NCBI GenBank assembly: GCA_038087875.1
Contig: CM075995.1
Coordinates: 7,008,001-7,072,000 of the forward strand
Direction of reading: 5' to 3'
Source: Malacoraja senta
Lineage: Eukaryota
Length of the DNA stretch: 64,000 nt
Within the stretch, counting starts at the first letter, position 1; each line of letters opens with the position of its first letter. Of this stretch, positions 60,440 to 64,000 are shown piece by piece. A program made the position numbers and the translations under genes. A model generated the notes under the pieces. The model ran no database searches. It saw only the letters and a program-made list of their open reading frames with translations, and was not told the origin of the DNA.

Positions 60440-60792
60440 CACTCAATGTTGCAGTGTAGGGGATTGCTTCACAGCCACACAATGTTTTTGACCACCCTAT
60501 CACCCACTTTCAAGGAGGTGGCTTTCAAGACTGTATTAAACTGACAGCCTGGTTGGGATGTTGGGAAGTGCGAGGGAAGATGGCCAAGCACCTGGTTTAA
60601 GCGGCGGCGAAGACGCATATGGAGTATTTGTACAGTTCGAGTCACCGCATTACAGGAAGGATGTGGAGATTCTGGGGAGGGTGGGGAGGTGGTTTACCAG
60701 AATGCTGCCTGGGTTAGAGGGTGTTAGCTGAAGGTTGGACAGCATCAGATTGTTCTCTCTGGAAATCCAGAGGTTGAGAGGAGAACTGAGAG

Positions 60793-61732
60793 AAAGTCAA
60801 GAGTGTTTTATTGTCATATGTCCCGGACGGGACAACAAAATTCTTACTTGCTGCAGCACAACAGAATAAGTGAATATGTAAACGTTGTATATAATGGGGA
60901 AAAAAAAGAAAAAGTTCAATAAATAACAAATATGGTGCAAATAACAAATAATAATATAGTCTTTTGCAGTTCAGAGCTCAGAGCTTATACGTTGTGTTTA
61001 ATAGCCTGATGGCTGTGGGGAAGGAGCTGTTCCTGAACCTGGACATTACAGTTTTCAGGCTCCTGTACCTTCTTCCTGATGGCAATGGTGAGGTAAGTGT
61101 GTGGCCAGGATGGTGTGGGTCCTTGATGATTTTGGCTGCCTTTTTGAGGCAGCGACTACGATAGATCCCTTCGACGGTGGGGAGGTCAAAGCCGGTGATG
61201 GACTGGGCAGTGGGCACAACTTTTTGTAGTCTTTTTCGCTCCTGGACGTTCAAGTTGCCGAACCAGGCTACGATGCAACCAGTCAGCATGCTCTCTACCG
61301 TGCACCTGTAGACGTTTAGGAGAATCCTCTTCGACATGCCGAATCTCCGTAATCTTCTCAGGAAGTAGAGTCACTGATGTGCCTTCTTTACAATTGCATC
61401 GGTGTGCTGGGTCGAGGAAAGATCTTCTGATATATGCACGCCCAGGAATTTGAAGTTATTGACCCCCTCCACCATCGTCCCGTTGATATAAACAGGATTG
61501 TGGGTCCTCATCCTTCCCCTATTAAAGTCCACAATCAGTTCCTTGGTCTTACCGATGTTGAGAGCCAGGTTGTTGTGCTGGCACCATTTGGTCAGTCGGT
61601 CGATCTCACTTCTATACTCTGACTCATCCCCATCTGTGATTCGTCCAACCACAGTGGTGTCATCGGCGAACTTGATGATGGAGTTTGCACTATGACCGGC
61701 TACGCAGTCATGAGTATAGAGTGAGTACAGCG
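60793..61732 (-). mobile_element. 5'-truncated Rex1/Babar LINE
   Basis: ORFs 61371..61652 and 60978..61337 ([25 protein letters not shown]); 3' UTR ending in a ctcttgact-type tail. Confidence 0.9.
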
Positions 61733-61769
61733 GGGGGGAAGGGGGGCAACCAGTACATACAGTTATGCA

Positions 61770-61986
61770 ATTGATTGATCGATTAACTGACTGATCGATT
61801 GATTGATCGATTGATCGATTGGCTGATTAATTAATTGATTGATTGATTGATCAGTCGATTGATTGACTGACTGATTATTTAATCAATAAACAAATTGATC
61901 GATCGATCGATTGATTGATTGATTGATGGATGGATCGATTGAATGGGTCGGATGGGTCAGTCGTTCAATCCATCGATCGATCGATT
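61770..61986. repeat. Degenerate (GATT)/(GATC)n repeat
   Basis: Directly visible. Confidence 0.9.
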
Positions 61987-64000
61987 GTTAAAAGACACGA
62001 CATGGAAACAGGCCCGTCACCCCCTCAGGCCCACTCTGCCCACTGATAACCAGTTTACACTAGTTCTATGTTTCTTATCCATTTTCTCATCCACTCCCTT
62101 TAAGTTTGGTTTTGTTTAGTTCAGTCCAGCCCCTTCTTGTCAGATGTATCAAGCGTATAGTGGAAAGCTTTTGTTTGTTTAGTTTAGAGATGAAACAGGC
62201 CCTTTCGGTCCAGCGGGTCCGCGCCGACCAGCGATCCCCGCACATTAACTTTATCCTATACCCACTAGGGACAAATTTTACATTTACCAAGCCAATTAAC
62301 CTACAAACCTGTGCGTCTTTGGAGTGACAATAGACAATAGGTGCAGGAGTAGGTAATTTAAGAGGAAACCGAAGATCTCGGAGAAAACCCACGCAGGTCA
62401 CGGGGAGAACGTACAAACTCCGTACAGACAGCACCCGTAGTCGGGATCGAACCCGGGTCTCCGGCGCTGCATTCGATGTAAGGCAGCAACTCTACCGCTG
62501 CGCCACCGTGCCGGTTACTAACCAGTCAGTGGAAAGACTATACCAGATTACAATCAAGCTGTCCACAGTGTGTGGGGAAAGAGTACAACATTTAGTGCAA
62601 GATAAAGTCTGGTTAAAGAGAGTTCAAAGGTTTCCAATGAGGTGTCTGGGAGGTCAGGACCACAGCCTAGCTGATGGTGTTTAACAGAGCATCTAATGTC
62701 ATGTTTTTTGTTAAAGTGGGAGTGCCTAAAATTTGTCTTTTTCAAATGTACTTGTATTATTTCAGAATTTAAATAAATGGCATCTAGAGTTTCACCAAAA
62801 AATAAAAATAAAAATCCTGACTACAGGTGCTGTCTGTATGGCGTTTGTACGTTCTCCCCGTGACCGCGTGGGTTTTCCCTGAGATCTTCGTTTTCCTCCC
62901 ACACTTCAAAGACGTACAGGGTTGTCAGTTAATTGGCTTGGTATCAGTTCTAAATGGCCTTCCCCTTATTCATAAACTGTGGCCCCTGGTTCTGGACTCC
63001 CCCAACACTGGGAACATGTTTCCTGCAACTAGCGTGTCCAATCCCTTAAAAATGTTATGTTTCTATAAGATCCCCCTCATCCTTCTAAATTCCAGTGAAT
63101 ACAAGCCCAGTCGCTCCATTTTTTAAATCATATGACAGTCCCGCCATCCTGGGAATTAACCTTGTGAACCTACGCTGCACTCCCTCAATAGCAAGAATGT
63201 CCTTCTTCAAATTAGGAGACCAAAACTGCGCACAATACTCCAGGTGTGGTCTCACCAGGGCTCTGTACAACTGCAGAAGGACCTCTTTGCTCCTATATTC
63301 GATTCCTCTTGTTATAAAGGCCAACATGCCATTAGCTTTCTTCACTGCCTGTTAATGTGCGGGGATCGCTGGTCGGTGCGGACTCGGTGGGCCGAAGGGC
63401 CTGTTTCCGCGCTGCATCTCTAAACTGATCCAGAAGAAACCCACGCAGGGAGAACGTGCAAACTCCGTGTAGACAGCACCCGTAGTCAGGATCGAACCCG
63501 GGTGTCTGGCGCTGTAAGGCAGCAACTCTACCGCTGCGCCACCGTGCCGCCCTTTCCTAGCAACCATAAATCATCAGCTGCTGTGTGTGAATCCTGCTGC
63601 GACTTAGAAAGTTTGAAATGAATGGATTAAATATATACTACAGTTTACGAGGAGGTTGCCAGGACTAGAGGGTCTGAGCCATTTGCCATACAGTCACACC
63701 GATAAAAAGCAACAAGACACATAAAAGACATTTTAACATAAACATCCACCACAGTGACTCCTCCACATTCCTCACTGTGATGGAAGGTGAAAAAAAAGTT
63801 CAATCTCTTCCCTTCTGTAATTACATCCTTTATGACGAGTGTAGATGACATGTGCATGTACCTTTAACATAGTGACCTCACCACTACTAACCACTCCCCA
63901 CATCACTAGTATAATTACAACCTTCCCACCCAGTGCTCGCTCTCTGGTTCCGGTGACAGACCACGAATAGCTAGGGCAGTAAAGTATGTGTATCATGAAT

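Noticed and set aside
1..64000. CRISPR array, retron or other prokaryotic defence system
   Set aside because: Sequence is vertebrate. The recurrent motifs are dispersed SINE/LINE ends without repeat-spacer periodicity, and the RTs are non-LTR retrotransposon type.

Overview
Eukaryotic, extremely repeat-dense DNA, almost certainly from a cartilaginous fish (skate/ray-like). The inference comes from the repeat inventory: HE1/V-SINEs, HER1/CR1-clade LINEs, Rex1/Babar LINEs, Penelope-like elements, Tx1-like L1 fragments and Harbinger-like MITEs. The only host gene I can support is on the minus strand: a RIPOR2 (FAM65B)-like gene with 12 frame-consistent coding exons between 40599 and 2059. They give 407 codons from the ATG at 40573; the 3' half lies left of the window. 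It includes a 24-nt microexon and a GC-AG intron. Nearly every ORF in the supplied track is a retroelement fragment or microsatellite. The most notable observation is a ~138-nt non-autonomous retroelement, present in two copies with target-site duplications, whose first nucleotide is G1 of a minimal CPEB3/HDV-like ribozyme fold. One copy is in sense orientation just upstream of the microexon. Penelope-derived minimal hammerhead cores, a near full-length Rex1 LINE, structured RTE-derived short elements and local segmental duplications are also present. There is a 200-N gap at 55614-55813. Repeat boundaries were read by eye and are approximate, and only representative repeat copies are listed.
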